64,000 bases of DNA. It comes from Bifidobacterium breve (lineage in GTDB: Bacteria > Actinomycetota > Thermoleophilia > Solirubrobacterales > Solirubrobacteraceae). Position 1 is the first letter of the stretch, and each line of letters opens with the position of its first letter. The notes under the pieces are model-generated. The model was not told where the DNA came from. It made no database searches and was given only the letters and a program-made list of their open reading frames with translations. Below, piece after piece: positions 28,687-38,228 of this stretch. Both the position numbers and the translations under genes were made by a program. The stretch spans positions 12,914 to 76,913 of the forward strand of contig CAMDBT010000004.1 in the NCBI GenBank assembly GCA_945889475.1, given 5' to 3'.

Positions 28687-29616
28687 GTGCGGATCGCCGT
28701 CGTCGACATCGGAACGAACTCGACTCGGCTGCTTCTGGCCGACGTCGGCGCCGACAATTCGGTTACCGAGCTGGCGCGGCGCAGCGAGGTAACCCGACTC
28801 GGAGCCGGGGTTGACTCCAGCGGCATGCTGTCCGAAGCGGCGATGGATCGAGTCTTCGCAACGCTCGATCAATACTCAGCCCTGATTGAGCAACTCGGCG
28901 GCGCCGACAAGCGCCGCGCCGTGCTGACGAGCGCCACGCGTGACGCCGCCAACGGCGGCGAGTTCACAGATCAGGTCGCAGAGCGCTACGAGCTCGACGC
29001 TCGCGCGATCGCTGGCGAGCAGGAGGCTCAGCTCTCGTTCCTCGGTGCGACCAGCGGCCGCGACCCGGGCGACGGCTCACGAATAGTGGTCGTTGACATC
29101 GGCGGCGGATCGACCGAGCTGATCATCGGCCACGGGCGCACAGTCGGCTTCCATGTTTCGACCCAGCTCGGGGTCGTTCGCCAGAGCGAGCGCCACCTTG
29201 CCCACGACCCGCCGAGCGCCAGAGAGATCGCCGAGCTCGGTGACGAGATCGACGAGGTCCTTGCCGCAGCAGTGCCGGAGGGCGAGCGTGAGCACGTGAA
29301 GTCGATCATCGCCGTCGCGGGCACCGCGACCTCGATGGCGGCGATCGACCTAAAGCTTGAGCCCTACGACCCGGCGGCAGTCCACGGCTACAACGTTTCG
29401 CTAGAGCGCTGCCGGGAGATCGCCGAGCGGATGGCATCTATGCCGCAGTCCGAGCGGCGCGAGATCGCCGGCCTCCACCCCGACCGCGCGCCGACGATCC
29501 TCGCTGGCTCGCAGATTCTCGTCCACGTGATTGAAGCGTTCGGCCTGGGCGGGGTCGAAGTCTCTGAGCACGACATCCTCTACGGCGTCGCGCTCGACGC
29601 CGCCTCTAACCCCTAA
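28687..29616 (+). CDS. Ppx/GppA family phosphatase (short exopolyphosphatase)
   Basis: MRIAVVDIGTNSTRLLLADV and VVDIGGGSTE, the actin-like ATPase motifs of Ppx/GppA. Confidence 0.85.
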   Translation: MRIAVVDIGTNSTRLLLADVGADNSVTELARRSEVTRLGAGVDSSGMLSEAAMDRVFATLDQYSALIEQLGGADKRRAVLTSATRDAANGGEFTDQVAERYELDARAIAGEQEAQLSFLGATSGRDPGDGSRIVVVDIGGGSTELIIGHGRTVGFHVSTQLGVVRQSERHLAHDPPSAREIAELGDEIDEVLAAAVPEGEREHVKSIIAVAGTATSMAAIDLKLEPYDPAAVHGYNVSLERCREIAERMASMPQSERREIAGLHPDRAPTILAGSQILVHVIEAFGLGGVEVSEHDILYGVALDAASNP

Positions 29617-29623
29617 GAGCAGC

Positions 29624-31273
29624 TCAGGCGAGGTTCGACTTGCGTGGGTAGATCACGTCCGGATCCTGCAGCACGTTGACGAGTGCTGGCAGGCTGGCGG
29701 CGAAGGCGCGCTCCAACGCCGGGCGCAGCTCCGCTGGTTTCTCAACCAATTCGCCGTAGCCGCCAAGCGTCTGAACGATCTCGTCGTAGCGCGTTCCAGG
29801 CCGCAGCTCAGCGGCCACCGAATAGCCGTAGAGGAACTCCATCGGGTGCTTCTCGAGCGCCCAGATGCCGTTGTTGCCCATCACGGCGACGACGTTGACG
29901 CCGTGGCGGGCGAGCGTGTCGAACTCCATCGCGCCGAAACCGAAGGCCCCGTCACCAACGATCAGGACAACCTGCCGGTCGGGGAAGGCGAGCTTCGCGG
30001 CGAGCGCGTAGCCGGTGCCGGAGCCTAGGCATCCGAACGGCCCGGGGTCGAGCCAGCAGCCCGGCTGATAGGAGTTGATCATCTTGCCGGCGAACGAGAC
30101 GAAGTCGCCGCCGTCACCGATCACGATCGCATCACGGTCAAGGAACTGGTTGAGCTCGTGGTAAATCCGCATCGGGTGCAGCGGTGCGCGGTCGTCTTCT
30201 AGCTCCCCCAGCTCGGCGGCACGTTTCTGGTCTTCTACTGCGCGCAGCCTTGTGATCCATGCGCCGGTCGCATCCTCGAGCCCGCCGCTTCCTGCGCGCA
30301 GCGCATCGAGCGTCGCGGCGACGCCGCCGTAGCATTCGGCCGCAACCTCGCGCGGGTTGGGCCGCAGCGGTTCGGCGCGGTCGACAACGATCAGCTTCGT
30401 CGCCTCGCCAAAGGAGGCGCCAAAGCCGAGTCGGAAGTCCATCGCCGCTCCGATCACGAGCGCGACGTCGGCCTCTTGAAGCGCCTCGCTGCGGGCGCGG
30501 GAGAAGAAGAGTTCGTGGTCGGCAGGCACGCAGCCGCGCGCTAGGCCGTTGAGGAGCACCGGTATCCGCCGTTCGCCAACGAGCTCCGCCAGCGCCTTCT
30601 CGCCGTGACCCCACCAGAGATTCGTGCCGGCCATGATCACCGGACGCTCGGCAGCCGCCAGCAGCGCGATCGCTTCGTCGATCCCGCTCGCTGCGGCCGG
30701 TTCGGCCTCGGGGTCGGCCAGCTCCAGCGCCGGCGGCGACTCTTCAGCTTCGGAGAAGACGATGTCGAGCGGGAAGTCAATGAAGGTCGGGCCGGAGTGC
30801 GGCGCTAGCGCCGTGGCCAGCGCTTCGTCGATCAGCCCGGGGATCGCCGCCGGGTTCTCGGCCGTTGCTGCGAACTTCGTCAGCGGCGCCACGAAAGGAA
30901 TGTGATCGATCTCCTGGAGCGAACCCATCCCCCAGCGCAGCGCCGGTGCGCGGCCACCGAGAACCATGATTGGCGACTGGTTCTGCAGCGCCGACCCGAT
31001 CGCGCTGAGGCCGTTGGTGACGCCGGGGCCGGCTGTCAGCGCGGCCACACCGGGCTGGCGTGTGACCTTGGCCCATCCTTCGGCGGCGAAGGTCGCGGCC
31101 TGCTCGTGGCGCGTGTCAACAATCTCGATCCCCTCATCGCGGCAGCCGTCGTAGATCGAGAAAAGGTGGCCGCCGGAGAGCGTGAAGAGCTTCTTCACTC
31201 CGTAATGCTTCAGTCGCCTCGCCACGAGGCGGCCGCCGTGGAAGATCGTTGTCGAGCCAGCGTCGGTGTCCAT
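29624..31273 (-). CDS. thiamine-pyrophosphate-dependent enzyme (acetolactate synthase / 2-hydroxyacyl-CoA lyase family)
   Basis: 549 aa with [23 protein letters not shown] and the TPP motif GDGAFGF...NNG. Confidence 0.85.
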   Translation of the reverse strand: MDTDAGSTTIFHGGRLVARRLKHYGVKKLFTLSGGHLFSIYDGCRDEGIEIVDTRHEQAATFAAEGWAKVTRQPGVAALTAGPGVTNGLSAIGSALQNQSPIMVLGGRAPALRWGMGSLQEIDHIPFVAPLTKFAATAENPAAIPGLIDEALATALAPHSGPTFIDFPLDIVFSEAEESPPALELADPEAEPAAASGIDEAIALLAAAERPVIMAGTNLWWGHGEKALAELVGERRIPVLLNGLARGCVPADHELFFSRARSEALQEADVALVIGAAMDFRLGFGASFGEATKLIVVDRAEPLRPNPREVAAECYGGVAATLDALRAGSGGLEDATGAWITRLRAVEDQKRAAELGELEDDRAPLHPMRIYHELNQFLDRDAIVIGDGGDFVSFAGKMINSYQPGCWLDPGPFGCLGSGTGYALAAKLAFPDRQVVLIVGDGAFGFGAMEFDTLARHGVNVVAVMGNNGIWALEKHPMEFLYGYSVAAELRPGTRYDEIVQTLGGYGELVEKPAELRPALERAFAASLPALVNVLQDPDVIYPRKSNLA

Positions 31274-31365
31274 TGAGCAACCCTAGCGGCGCGAGTGAGT
31301 GCCCCGATCTGCGCCTCCGACAGCCGATCTCGCTACCCTCTGGCGAGATAAGGACCAGCCGAGTC

Positions 31366-31490
31366 GCGGCCGCCCAGTGTGGTCGCGAGCGGGGGAACCA
31401 GGTTGTTGGGGCTAAGCGCTCGCAGTTCGGAGCGCCGCGCAGACTCTTATGGCGCGCGCCCGTCAGCTCACCTCGTAGGCACCGCTAAGA
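31366..31490 (+). promoter_or_regulatory. candidate cyclic-di-AMP (ydaO/yuaA-type) riboswitch
   Basis: Three blocks in the 5' leader of the M23 peptidase gene match my recollection of the B. subtilis ydaO element. GAGCGGGGGAACCA corresponds to GAGCGGGGGACCCA. TGGGGCTAAGC corresponds to TGGGGTGAATC. CCCGTCAGCTCACCTCGTAGGC corresponds to CCCGTCAGCTAACCTCGTAAGC. The boundaries are approximate. Confidence 0.65.
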
Positions 31491-31505
31491 GTGGTCAGAA
31501 GCTAA

Positions 31506-32642
31506 GTGCAATCCGTTAGGCGATCAACTTCCCCCCTGCTGCGCCGAGCCCTCATGGTTCTTCTTGCGCTGCTCGCTTTTGGCGTCCCGGTCGCCGTCGC
31601 GGCCGGTGGGTCAGGTGGCACCGAGGTGCCGGGGCAGCCGGTTGTCAGTTCGATCTCCTGCCCGCTCCAGCCCCCGAACAGCTGCGCGGCCGGCCAACAG
31701 ATGACCGTTCGCGGCAACAACCTGCACAGCGCACAGCAGGTGACCTTCGTCGGCTCGAGTCCCACCCGCGACAACGTGGTCGTCAACCTCTCCGCTCGCG
31801 CCGCGCAGCCAACCGAGATCAACGTCACCGTTCCCAGCCGCGCGAAAAGCGGACCGGTCCGCGTCAGCGGCCTGATCGGCACGCCCGCCACTTCGCCCGA
31901 GCCGGTCCGCATCGTCGCGGGTCTGCCAGCGACCGATGACGCCAGCGGCTCGAAGAAGCTGATCGCCGGTGGCAAACGCGAAGCTCACTTCGGATACCAC
32001 GTAAGCGTGCGCGCGCAAGCGGATGCGCGGGTTGAAGCGATTAGCTTCACAACCGGCAAAATCGTGCGCAGATGGCCGCTGGTGAAGTCTGGCGACGGCA
32101 CCGTCAGCTGGAACGGCTTCGACGGCAAAGAGCCAGCCCGGAGCGGCATCTACCTGCTGCGGCTGAACGATGCCGCCCGCCCGAGTGCGAAAGCGAAGGC
32201 TGGCAGCGACACCCAATTCGAGCTGGCTGAGGGCTTCTTCCCGATCCGCGGACGCCATAAGCTCGCCAGTAGCGAGATGCAGAGGTTCGGCGGTGGCCGC
32301 GACCACCAAGGTACCGACCACTTCGCCGCCTGCGGCACGCCGCTGGCGGCGTGGACCAGTGGCGTCGTTCAGTTCAACGGCTCTCACGGAGCGGCCGGCA
32401 ACTACATCGTCGTTCGCCGCGCAAACGGTGAGTCCTACGCCTACATGCACATGCAGCAGCGGTCCACGGTCAAAGTCGGCGCGAAGGTTTTTGCCGGGCA
32501 GCGACTTGGCCGCGTCAGCGACAGCGGCAGCGCCAGCGGCTGCCACCTGCACATCGAACTGTGGACCGCGCCGGGCTGGTACAAGGGCGGCGAGCCGTAC
32601 GATTCGCTGCCGCTGATGAAGCGTCTCGACAAGCACAGCTGA
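31506..32642 (+). CDS. secreted M23 family metallopeptidase with Ig-like (IPT/FlgD-like) N-terminal domains
   Basis: Signal peptide, then HQGTD (HxxxD) and CHLHIELW (HxH) M23 catalytic motifs near the C-terminus. Confidence 0.85.
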   Translation: MQSVRRSTSPLLRRALMVLLALLAFGVPVAVAAGGSGGTEVPGQPVVSSISCPLQPPNSCAAGQQMTVRGNNLHSAQQVTFVGSSPTRDNVVVNLSARAAQPTEINVTVPSRAKSGPVRVSGLIGTPATSPEPVRIVAGLPATDDASGSKKLIAGGKREAHFGYHVSVRAQADARVEAISFTTGKIVRRWPLVKSGDGTVSWNGFDGKEPARSGIYLLRLNDAARPSAKAKAGSDTQFELAEGFFPIRGRHKLASSEMQRFGGGRDHQGTDHFAACGTPLAAWTSGVVQFNGSHGAAGNYIVVRRANGESYAYMHMQQRSTVKVGAKVFAGQRLGRVSDSGSASGCHLHIELWTAPGWYKGGEPYDSLPLMKRLDKHS

Positions 32643-32662
32643 GGCGAAAACGCAGCGTCACA

Positions 32663-32748
32663 TGCCCGGGGAGGGGCTCGAACCCCCACGTCCCTTGCGG
32701 GACAGCCGGTTTTAAGCCAGCCGCGTCTACCGGGTCCGCCACCCGGGC
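32663..32748 (-). tRNA. tRNA-Leu (TAA anticodon)
   Basis: The reverse complement GCCCGGGTGGCGGACCCGGTAGACGCGGCTGGCTTAAAACCGGCTGTCCCGCAAGGGACGTGGGGGTTCGAGCCCCTCCCCGGGCA is 86 nt with a long variable arm, the anticodon loop CTTAAAA and no encoded CCA. Confidence 0.9.
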
Positions 32749-32773
32749 GGGCGCTGAAGACTAGCCTGTAGAT

Positions 32774-34252
32774 GTGGCTAAACGCAGCTCGAGAGGACGC
32801 AGAAAAGCGAAACCTTTTGCCTCCAGTGGTGTTGGTATGTCTGGAGACTCAATGGAAGCCTCGGCAATCACACAATCGGATCTAGTAGGACTGCGCGCCC
32901 CGAGCGCCTTTTTGCGACTCCAGTCCGACGAGAAACTGGTCACGCTGACGCGCCGCGGCAACCAGTCTGCGTACGAGGCATTGGTCGGCCGCTACCACGC
33001 TCGGATCCTCGGCTTCACGCGCCACATGCTGGCCTCGAAGGAAGATGCCGAAGACATAACCCAAGAGAGCTTCGCCGCTGCCTACAGCGCAATGATCGCC
33101 GACGAGCGCGCGATCAACGTCAAGCCTTGGCTCTATCGCATTGCTCGCAACCGTTCGCTCAACCACCTGCGCCGCCAAAGCGCAATCGGCGTTGACGACT
33201 TCGACCACCATGTCGCCGATCACGGCCGCACAACTGAGGACGAGGTCAGTCAGCGCGAAGATCTGCGACAGCTAATGACCGACGTTCGCGACCTGCCCGA
33301 GTCGCAGCGTACGGCGCTTCTGCTGCGTGAGATCGACGCCCTCTCCTACGACCAGATCGCCGAAGCGATGGAAGCGACCGTGCCGAGCGTCAAGTCGCTG
33401 CTGGTTCGCGCCCGCGGCGGTCTCGCCGAAGCAGCCGAGGCGCGGCAGATCTCTTGCGAAGCGGTGCGGATCGAACTTGCCGAAGTGGCTGAAGGCTTGA
33501 CTAAGCTCTCGCCCCCAGTTCGCCGCCACACGCGCGAGTGCGAACGCTGCAAGGGCTTTCAGGCAACGCTCAAGCAGAACAACAAGGCGCTTGCGATGCT
33601 GCTGCCGATCGGGCCGCTGCTGCTGCTGAAGAAGATCGTTCTGACCCAGATCGGCACAACTGCCAGCGCCGGAAGCACGGCGACGGCAACTGCCGGTGGC
33701 GGCCTCTTCTCCGGCGCCGTTGGTTCGGTGGCGACGAAGGCCGCGGCAACGATGGCCGCCGCCGCGATAGTGACGACCGGCGCCGTTGAGGTAAACAAGG
33801 CCACAACAGCTGAGCCGACGCGCGAGTCTGCCGCCGCGATCACGCAGAGCGCTCCGGTTGCGCCAGCACCAATCGCGTCGGCAGCGAAGAACGACAAGCC
33901 AGCCGCGCCTGCCAAAGTTGTCGCTGCTGCACCGGTGGTCGCAGTGGCTCTCGTCGAGCCTGCCCCCCTGCCGCTAGTTGTTGAAGCCGCCCCCGTCGCC
34001 CCGCCGGTTGTTCCTGAGGAGCACCACGACGATGTGACGCTCGCGCCGCTGGTTGACGAGACATCGCCAGCAGAGCCGATCGTCGACACGCCGGCAGACG
34101 ACACGCCACCAGCAGACGACACGCCACCAGCAGACGACACGCCGCCGGCAGACGACACGCCACCGGTCGGCGACACGCCGGTCGGCGACACGCCGCCGCC
34201 AGTGGAAACCACTGGCGCCGACGGCGAGACAGCCTCGTCGCCAACCGCTTAG
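32774..34252 (+). CDS. ECF-type sigma-70 factor fused to a ZAS-like anti-sigma motif, TM segment and Pro/Ala-rich repeat tail
   Basis: Region 2 (DITQESFAAAY...WLYRIARNRSLNHLRR) and region 4 (LPESQRTALLLREIDALSYDQIAEAM) are followed by C-x23-H-x3-C-x2-C (ISC...RRHTRECERC), then the hydrophobic ALAMLLPIGPLLLLKKIVL and DDTPPA repeats. The start is uncertain; internal ATGs exist. Confidence 0.8.
   Translation: MAKRSSRGRRKAKPFASSGVGMSGDSMEASAITQSDLVGLRAPSAFLRLQSDEKLVTLTRRGNQSAYEALVGRYHARILGFTRHMLASKEDAEDITQESFAAAYSAMIADERAINVKPWLYRIARNRSLNHLRRQSAIGVDDFDHHVADHGRTTEDEVSQREDLRQLMTDVRDLPESQRTALLLREIDALSYDQIAEAMEATVPSVKSLLVRARGGLAEAAEARQISCEAVRIELAEVAEGLTKLSPPVRRHTRECERCKGFQATLKQNNKALAMLLPIGPLLLLKKIVLTQIGTTASAGSTATATAGGGLFSGAVGSVATKAAATMAAAAIVTTGAVEVNKATTAEPTRESAAAITQSAPVAPAPIASAAKNDKPAAPAKVVAAAPVVAVALVEPAPLPLVVEAAPVAPPVVPEEHHDDVTLAPLVDETSPAEPIVDTPADDTPPADDTPPADDTPPADDTPPVGDTPVGDTPPPVETTGADGETASSPTA
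34088..34201 (+). repeat. in-frame 18-bp tandem repeat (DDTPPA x4, then GDTP variants) inside the sigma-fusion gene
   Basis: The unit gacgacacgccaccagca recurs four times with 1-2 substitutions, followed by two 15-bp ggcgacacgccggtc-like units. Confidence 0.8.
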
Positions 34253-34254
34253 GC

Positions 34255-34908
34255 TCAGTTACCGACGACGAGCGATTGCAGCGGCTCTCGTAGCGGCGGC
34301 TGCTGATCAAGCGACGGGGCAGTAAGCGCACCCGTGCCACGGATCGCGGTCATCGTCACATCGACTCCGGCGCGCGCGCCAAGATTGGCGGGAAAGAGCA
34401 TCACGCGCCGGCCGTAATAGCTACGCCCGGCGCGGCTGAAGCGGAAGAGAACCTCGTAGCCAGGCTGCTCTTCGAGCAGCAAGGGTCCCTCTGAAATGGT
34501 CGCGAAGCTCGGATCATCGGCGCTCATCTGCTCGGTGATCTTCTCGGCGCGAAGCGGAAACACGCCCTGAATCGAGCCTTCGTAGGCGCCAAGCATCATT
34601 GGCTGGACGATAAAACTACGCTTCGCGGCGACGCCATCAGGGCTCTCGAGCCGCAGCGATTCGCGACCAACGGTCACGCGCTGCTGCAAGAGGTCGCCGT
34701 CGTACTGCAGCTTGAATGGAACCGGAGCGGCGACCTCAACCTCTCTCGTCGATGAGCCGACTCCAAGCAGCAGAATCAGAATCGCGAGCGCGGCAACGGC
34801 CGCGCCGGCGAGGATCAGCGCGCGCGGGAACCGCCCGAGCGCCCGCCACTTCGGGCCAAGCGTCGTTGGCAGCGATTCACCGAACTCTGGTCGAACAATC
34901 GAGGCCAT
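34255..34908 (-). CDS. membrane-anchored hypothetical protein
   Basis: I trimmed to ATG at 34908 (MASIVRPEF...) so that it does not overlap the upstream Lrp-like gene. It has one TM segment (ALILAGAAVAALAILILLLGV) and no recognised domain. Confidence 0.6.
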   Translation of the reverse strand: MASIVRPEFGESLPTTLGPKWRALGRFPRALILAGAAVAALAILILLLGVGSSTREVEVAAPVPFKLQYDGDLLQQRVTVGRESLRLESPDGVAAKRSFIVQPMMLGAYEGSIQGVFPLRAEKITEQMSADDPSFATISEGPLLLEEQPGYEVLFRFSRAGRSYYGRRVMLFPANLGARAGVDVTMTAIRGTGALTAPSLDQQPPLREPLQSLVVGN

Positions 34909-34930
34909 CGCAGCCCAGCGTAGCGGCCGC

Positions 34931-35206
34931 TCAGGACCCGCCAGCGAAGAACTGATCGAGGTCAAGATCGCTGAACGAATCGAATGCAACCATCGTCTGC
35001 GAGCGGCTCACTCCCTCGAGAGCGGCAAGATTCTCGGCCAGCGCCTGTGCCAGTTGCTCGTGGCGGTCGACGCGAACAACGGCAACGAAGTCCCACACCC
35101 CGGTTACCGAGTAGACCTCGGCGACAGCCTCGATCTGTTGCAGCTGGCCACCCAAGTTGGCTAGCGCCGTGCGCTCGGCCTCAACTAGGACGAAGGCCGT
35201 AATCAC
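34931..35206 (-). CDS. Lrp/AsnC ligand-binding (stand-alone RAM) domain protein
   Basis: 91 aa. AFVLVEAERTALANLGGQLQQIEAVAEVYSVTGVWDFVAVVRV is the typical AsnC_trans_reg pattern, and there is no HTH domain. Confidence 0.8.
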   Translation of the reverse strand: MITAFVLVEAERTALANLGGQLQQIEAVAEVYSVTGVWDFVAVVRVDRHEQLAQALAENLAALEGVSRSQTMVAFDSFSDLDLDQFFAGGS

Positions 35207-35898
35207 TTGAGCTCCAGAGCCTGCCCGGGATCTAGCACCGTCACGGTGGCGTTCCCTTCGGCTGCTACGGCCGCGGCAAACGCGTGCGCGTCGGTCTCGA
35301 TCGGCGGGAAGGTGTTGTAGTGAATTGGGACTACCTGCGGTGCACCAACAAGCGTCGCGGCACGGACCGCGTCGTCGCGATCCATCGTGTAATGGCCGCC
35401 GATTGGAATCAAAGCGAGGTCGAGCGAGTGGCGTTGACCCGGCAATGCAAGGTCACTGAAGAGCGCCGTGTCGCCAAGGTGATAGATCGTCTTGCCGCCG
35501 ACGTTGATCACGATCCCGGCCGGTGTGTTGGCGACCCCGCGCGGTGTCGTCGAGGTGTGCCAAGCCGGCACCCACTGCGCCCAGCCCCATTCGAACGCAA
35601 CTGTGCCGCCGATGTTGGGGTCGTGCACGAGGTGGCCTGGACCAAGCTCCTCGGTCAGCTCGGCAGCGATCTCAACGATCGCAGCGACCGGAGCGCCGGT
35701 CCGTGAGGCGATTGCCGCTGTGTCGCCGAGGTGGTCTCCGTGGCCGTGCGTCACGAGAATCGCATCGGCTTCAATGTCGGCCGCGTCGGCCGTAGCCTTA
35801 GGGTTGCCGGTCAGAAACGGGTCGACGAGAACCTTCGTTCCCTCGTGCTCAAGTGAGAACGCCGAGTGGCCGAGGTATTTCACTTCAACGCTGCTCAT
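35203..35898 (-). CDS. metal-dependent hydrolase, MBL fold (UPF0173 family)
   Basis: KYLGHSAFSLEH...ILVTHGHGDHLGD, with an HxHxDH-like motif. Shares 4-nt overlaps with both neighbouring genes. Confidence 0.85.
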   Translation of the reverse strand: MSSVEVKYLGHSAFSLEHEGTKVLVDPFLTGNPKATADAADIEADAILVTHGHGDHLGDTAAIASRTGAPVAAIVEIAAELTEELGPGHLVHDPNIGGTVAFEWGWAQWVPAWHTSTTPRGVANTPAGIVINVGGKTIYHLGDTALFSDLALPGQRHSLDLALIPIGGHYTMDRDDAVRAATLVGAPQVVPIHYNTFPPIETDAHAFAAAVAAEGNATVTVLDPGQALELK

Positions 35899-36236
35899 CT
35901 GTCGCTCCCTTGCTCGCTGTTTGCGCCGCCAAGCTCGTCGGCCAGCGCCAACCCAACGGCGACGCCGACGAGCATCGCAAGCCGCGATTCCTCGGCAACC
36001 AACTCGGCCAGCGCAACGCTTCGTTGATCGCCGTCACCGATCTGCGCGACGCGGCTGATCTCACCCTGATGGCCTGAATCAAAGAAACCACCGGCGTCGA
36101 GCGCGGCGCCGAGGATCTGCTGGAGACCTGGCGCGGCATGGGTGACCAGCTCCTGGGCATCGGCAAACCGCTCGCCGTCGGCGATCGCGGCAACCGCCGC
36201 GTCTACCTGCTCAGCGCTGTAACGGTGCTCAGCCAT
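35895..36236 (-). CDS. hypothetical protein (113 aa)
   Basis: I trimmed to ATG at 36236 (MAEHRYSAEQVDAAV...). The 143 upstream codons of the ORF-track ORF are Arg-rich and overlap the rhomboid-like gene out of frame. Confidence 0.5.
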   Translation of the reverse strand: MAEHRYSAEQVDAAVAAIADGERFADAQELVTHAAPGLQQILGAALDAGGFFDSGHQGEISRVAQIGDGDQRSVALAELVAEESRLAMLVGVAVGLALADELGGANSEQGSDR

Positions 36237-36247
36237 CGCTGAGAAGC

Positions 36248-36985
36248 CTACCGGCGCGCCAGAATCGCGCCGGCGAGCAGACCGAGAATCAGCCCCACGG
36301 CGCCTGCTGTAGAGCTCGCTTCGACTGCCGCGAGCGGCATCAGCAGCAGCACCCCGGCGCAGACAGCGGCGCCGATCAGGTCGGCCGCCGGTTGCTCGCC
36401 GCGGCGCGTTTCGAGCACCGGCCGCACGACCCAGGCGCCGATCAGACCAAGCGCGCCGGCGTTGGCTCCAAGGGCGAGCGGAATGCTCTCTAGGCCGGCG
36501 GCTGCGGCCATCCCACCGACGGCGCAGATGAAAAAGCAGGCGCCAGCGACAATCGCACCGTAGTGCCCTTCGATCAGCCCGCCGAACAAGGCGATTGCGG
36601 CAACGCTGGCGGCCGTATACCAAAGGTTGTCGGCGAAGAACGAGGCCGTGATCAGGCGCCACCATTGGCCGTCGAGTTGACCGACGACCCCGACTTGGGC
36701 GGCCGACAAAACACCCGGAACCATTACGACCGCGCCGACCGCACAGGCCGCCGCGAGCGTGATCGAGACGAGCGGCCGACTTGGCGATGAGCGAGTGCGC
36801 TGTGAGCGCTGGCGGCGCCTGCGCTGGCGCTTTGGTTTGGCGCCGCTAGCGGTTATCTGACCCCGCGCAATTTTCGGTGCGCGCTGCTGCATCCGCGCGG
36901 CGCAGTAGGGGCATTCGGTGACGTACTTCGAAACCTCGGCGCCGCAGGAGGGGCAGACGACGAAGAGGTCAGGGGCGTCAGGCAT
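36248..36985 (-). CDS. rhomboid-family membrane protein with N-terminal zinc ribbon, catalytic dyad apparently absent
   Basis: [18 protein letters not shown] zinc ribbon and the rhomboid-like [10 protein letters not shown]. The usual GASGA motif reads GANAGA, and no AHxxG histidine is visible in the last TM. Confidence 0.7.
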   Translation of the reverse strand: MPDAPDLFVVCPSCGAEVSKYVTECPYCAARMQQRAPKIARGQITASGAKPKRQRRRRQRSQRTRSSPSRPLVSITLAAACAVGAVVMVPGVLSAAQVGVVGQLDGQWWRLITASFFADNLWYTAASVAAIALFGGLIEGHYGAIVAGACFFICAVGGMAAAAGLESIPLALGANAGALGLIGAWVVRPVLETRRGEQPAADLIGAAVCAGVLLLMPLAAVEASSTAGAVGLILGLLAGAILARR

Positions 36986-37083
36986 CGGCGCTGCGATCTT
37001 ATCCCGCCTGTTGTTATGGCAGCGAGCGCGTATCGCAGCTACGCTCTAGCCAGCTGCCCCTACCCGATACGGAGATAACTGAC

Positions 37084-38172
37084 GTGGCCACTAAATCGAT
37101 GACCTCCTCCCAGCTAGAAGAACTGCTCGGCGACAGCGCCAAGACGCTACTCGACCACAAGTGCACAACGATCGACGCTTCGATGCTGCATCTGCCGGGC
37201 CCGGACTTCAATGAGCGGATCGTCGCCGAGAGCGACCGCAACGCGCAGGTGATGCGCAACCTTCAGCAGATGTGGGATCACGGCCGCCTCGGCGGCAGCG
37301 GCTATCTCTCCATTCTCCCTGTCGATCAGGGGATCGAGCATTCGGCTGGCGCCAGCTTCGCGCCCAACCCTGAGTACTTCGACCCCGGCAAGATCGTCGA
37401 GCTTGCAGTCGAAGGCGGCTGCAACGCCGTCGCTTCAACGGTTGGAGTGCTCGGCGCTGTCTCGCGCAAGTACGCGCACCGAATTCCGTTCATCGTCAAG
37501 CTCAACCACAACGAGTTTCTTACCTACCCGAACACCTACGACCAGATCATGTTCGCATCGGTGCAGCGCGCCTTTGACATCGGCGCGGCTGGCGTTGGCG
37601 CAACGATCTACTTCGGCTCGCCGGAGTCGCACCATCAGATCGTCGATGTCGCAGCGGCCTTCGACGAGGCTCACCGGCTCGGAATGTTCACCGTGCTCTG
37701 GTGCTATCTGCGCAACAGCGCCTTCGTCGTCGACGGCACCGACTACCACGTCTCGGCCGATCTGACAGGGCAGGCCAACCACATCGGCACAACGATCGAG
37801 GCCGACATCATCAAGCAGAAGCTGCCGGAGAACAATGGCGGCTACCTCGCGCTCAACGCCGACGGCGTCTCCTACGGCAAGACGAGCCCACTGGTCTACG
37901 ACAAGCTGACGACCGACAACCCGATCGACCTGACCCGCTACCAGGTAGCCAACTGCTACATGGGCCGCTCCGGGCTGATCAACTCCGGCGGCGCCTCCGG
38001 TGGCGATAGCGACATGGCCGAGGCAGTGACGACGGCTGTGATCAATAAGCGCGCTGGCGGCACCGGCCTGATCACCGGTCGCAAAGCGTTCCAGCGTCCG
38101 ATGAAGGAAGGGATTGAAATCCTCAATGCCGTCCAGGACGTCTACCTGTCGCCGGACGTCACGATCGCCTGA
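37084..38172 (+). CDS. fbaB: class I fructose-bisphosphate aldolase (FbaB/DhnA type)
   Basis: Near-colinear similarity to E. coli FbaB as remembered: [58 protein letters not shown] start preceded by GGAGA. Confidence 0.9.
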   Translation: MATKSMTSSQLEELLGDSAKTLLDHKCTTIDASMLHLPGPDFNERIVAESDRNAQVMRNLQQMWDHGRLGGSGYLSILPVDQGIEHSAGASFAPNPEYFDPGKIVELAVEGGCNAVASTVGVLGAVSRKYAHRIPFIVKLNHNEFLTYPNTYDQIMFASVQRAFDIGAAGVGATIYFGSPESHHQIVDVAAAFDEAHRLGMFTVLWCYLRNSAFVVDGTDYHVSADLTGQANHIGTTIEADIIKQKLPENNGGYLALNADGVSYGKTSPLVYDKLTTDNPIDLTRYQVANCYMGRSGLINSGGASGGDSDMAEAVTTAVINKRAGGTGLITGRKAFQRPMKEGIEILNAVQDVYLSPDVTIA

Positions 38173-38228
38173 GTCTGGCGCCGCGCTAACGCGCACAGGC
38201 GCGAGGCTGTTGCAATTGACGCGCGGAA

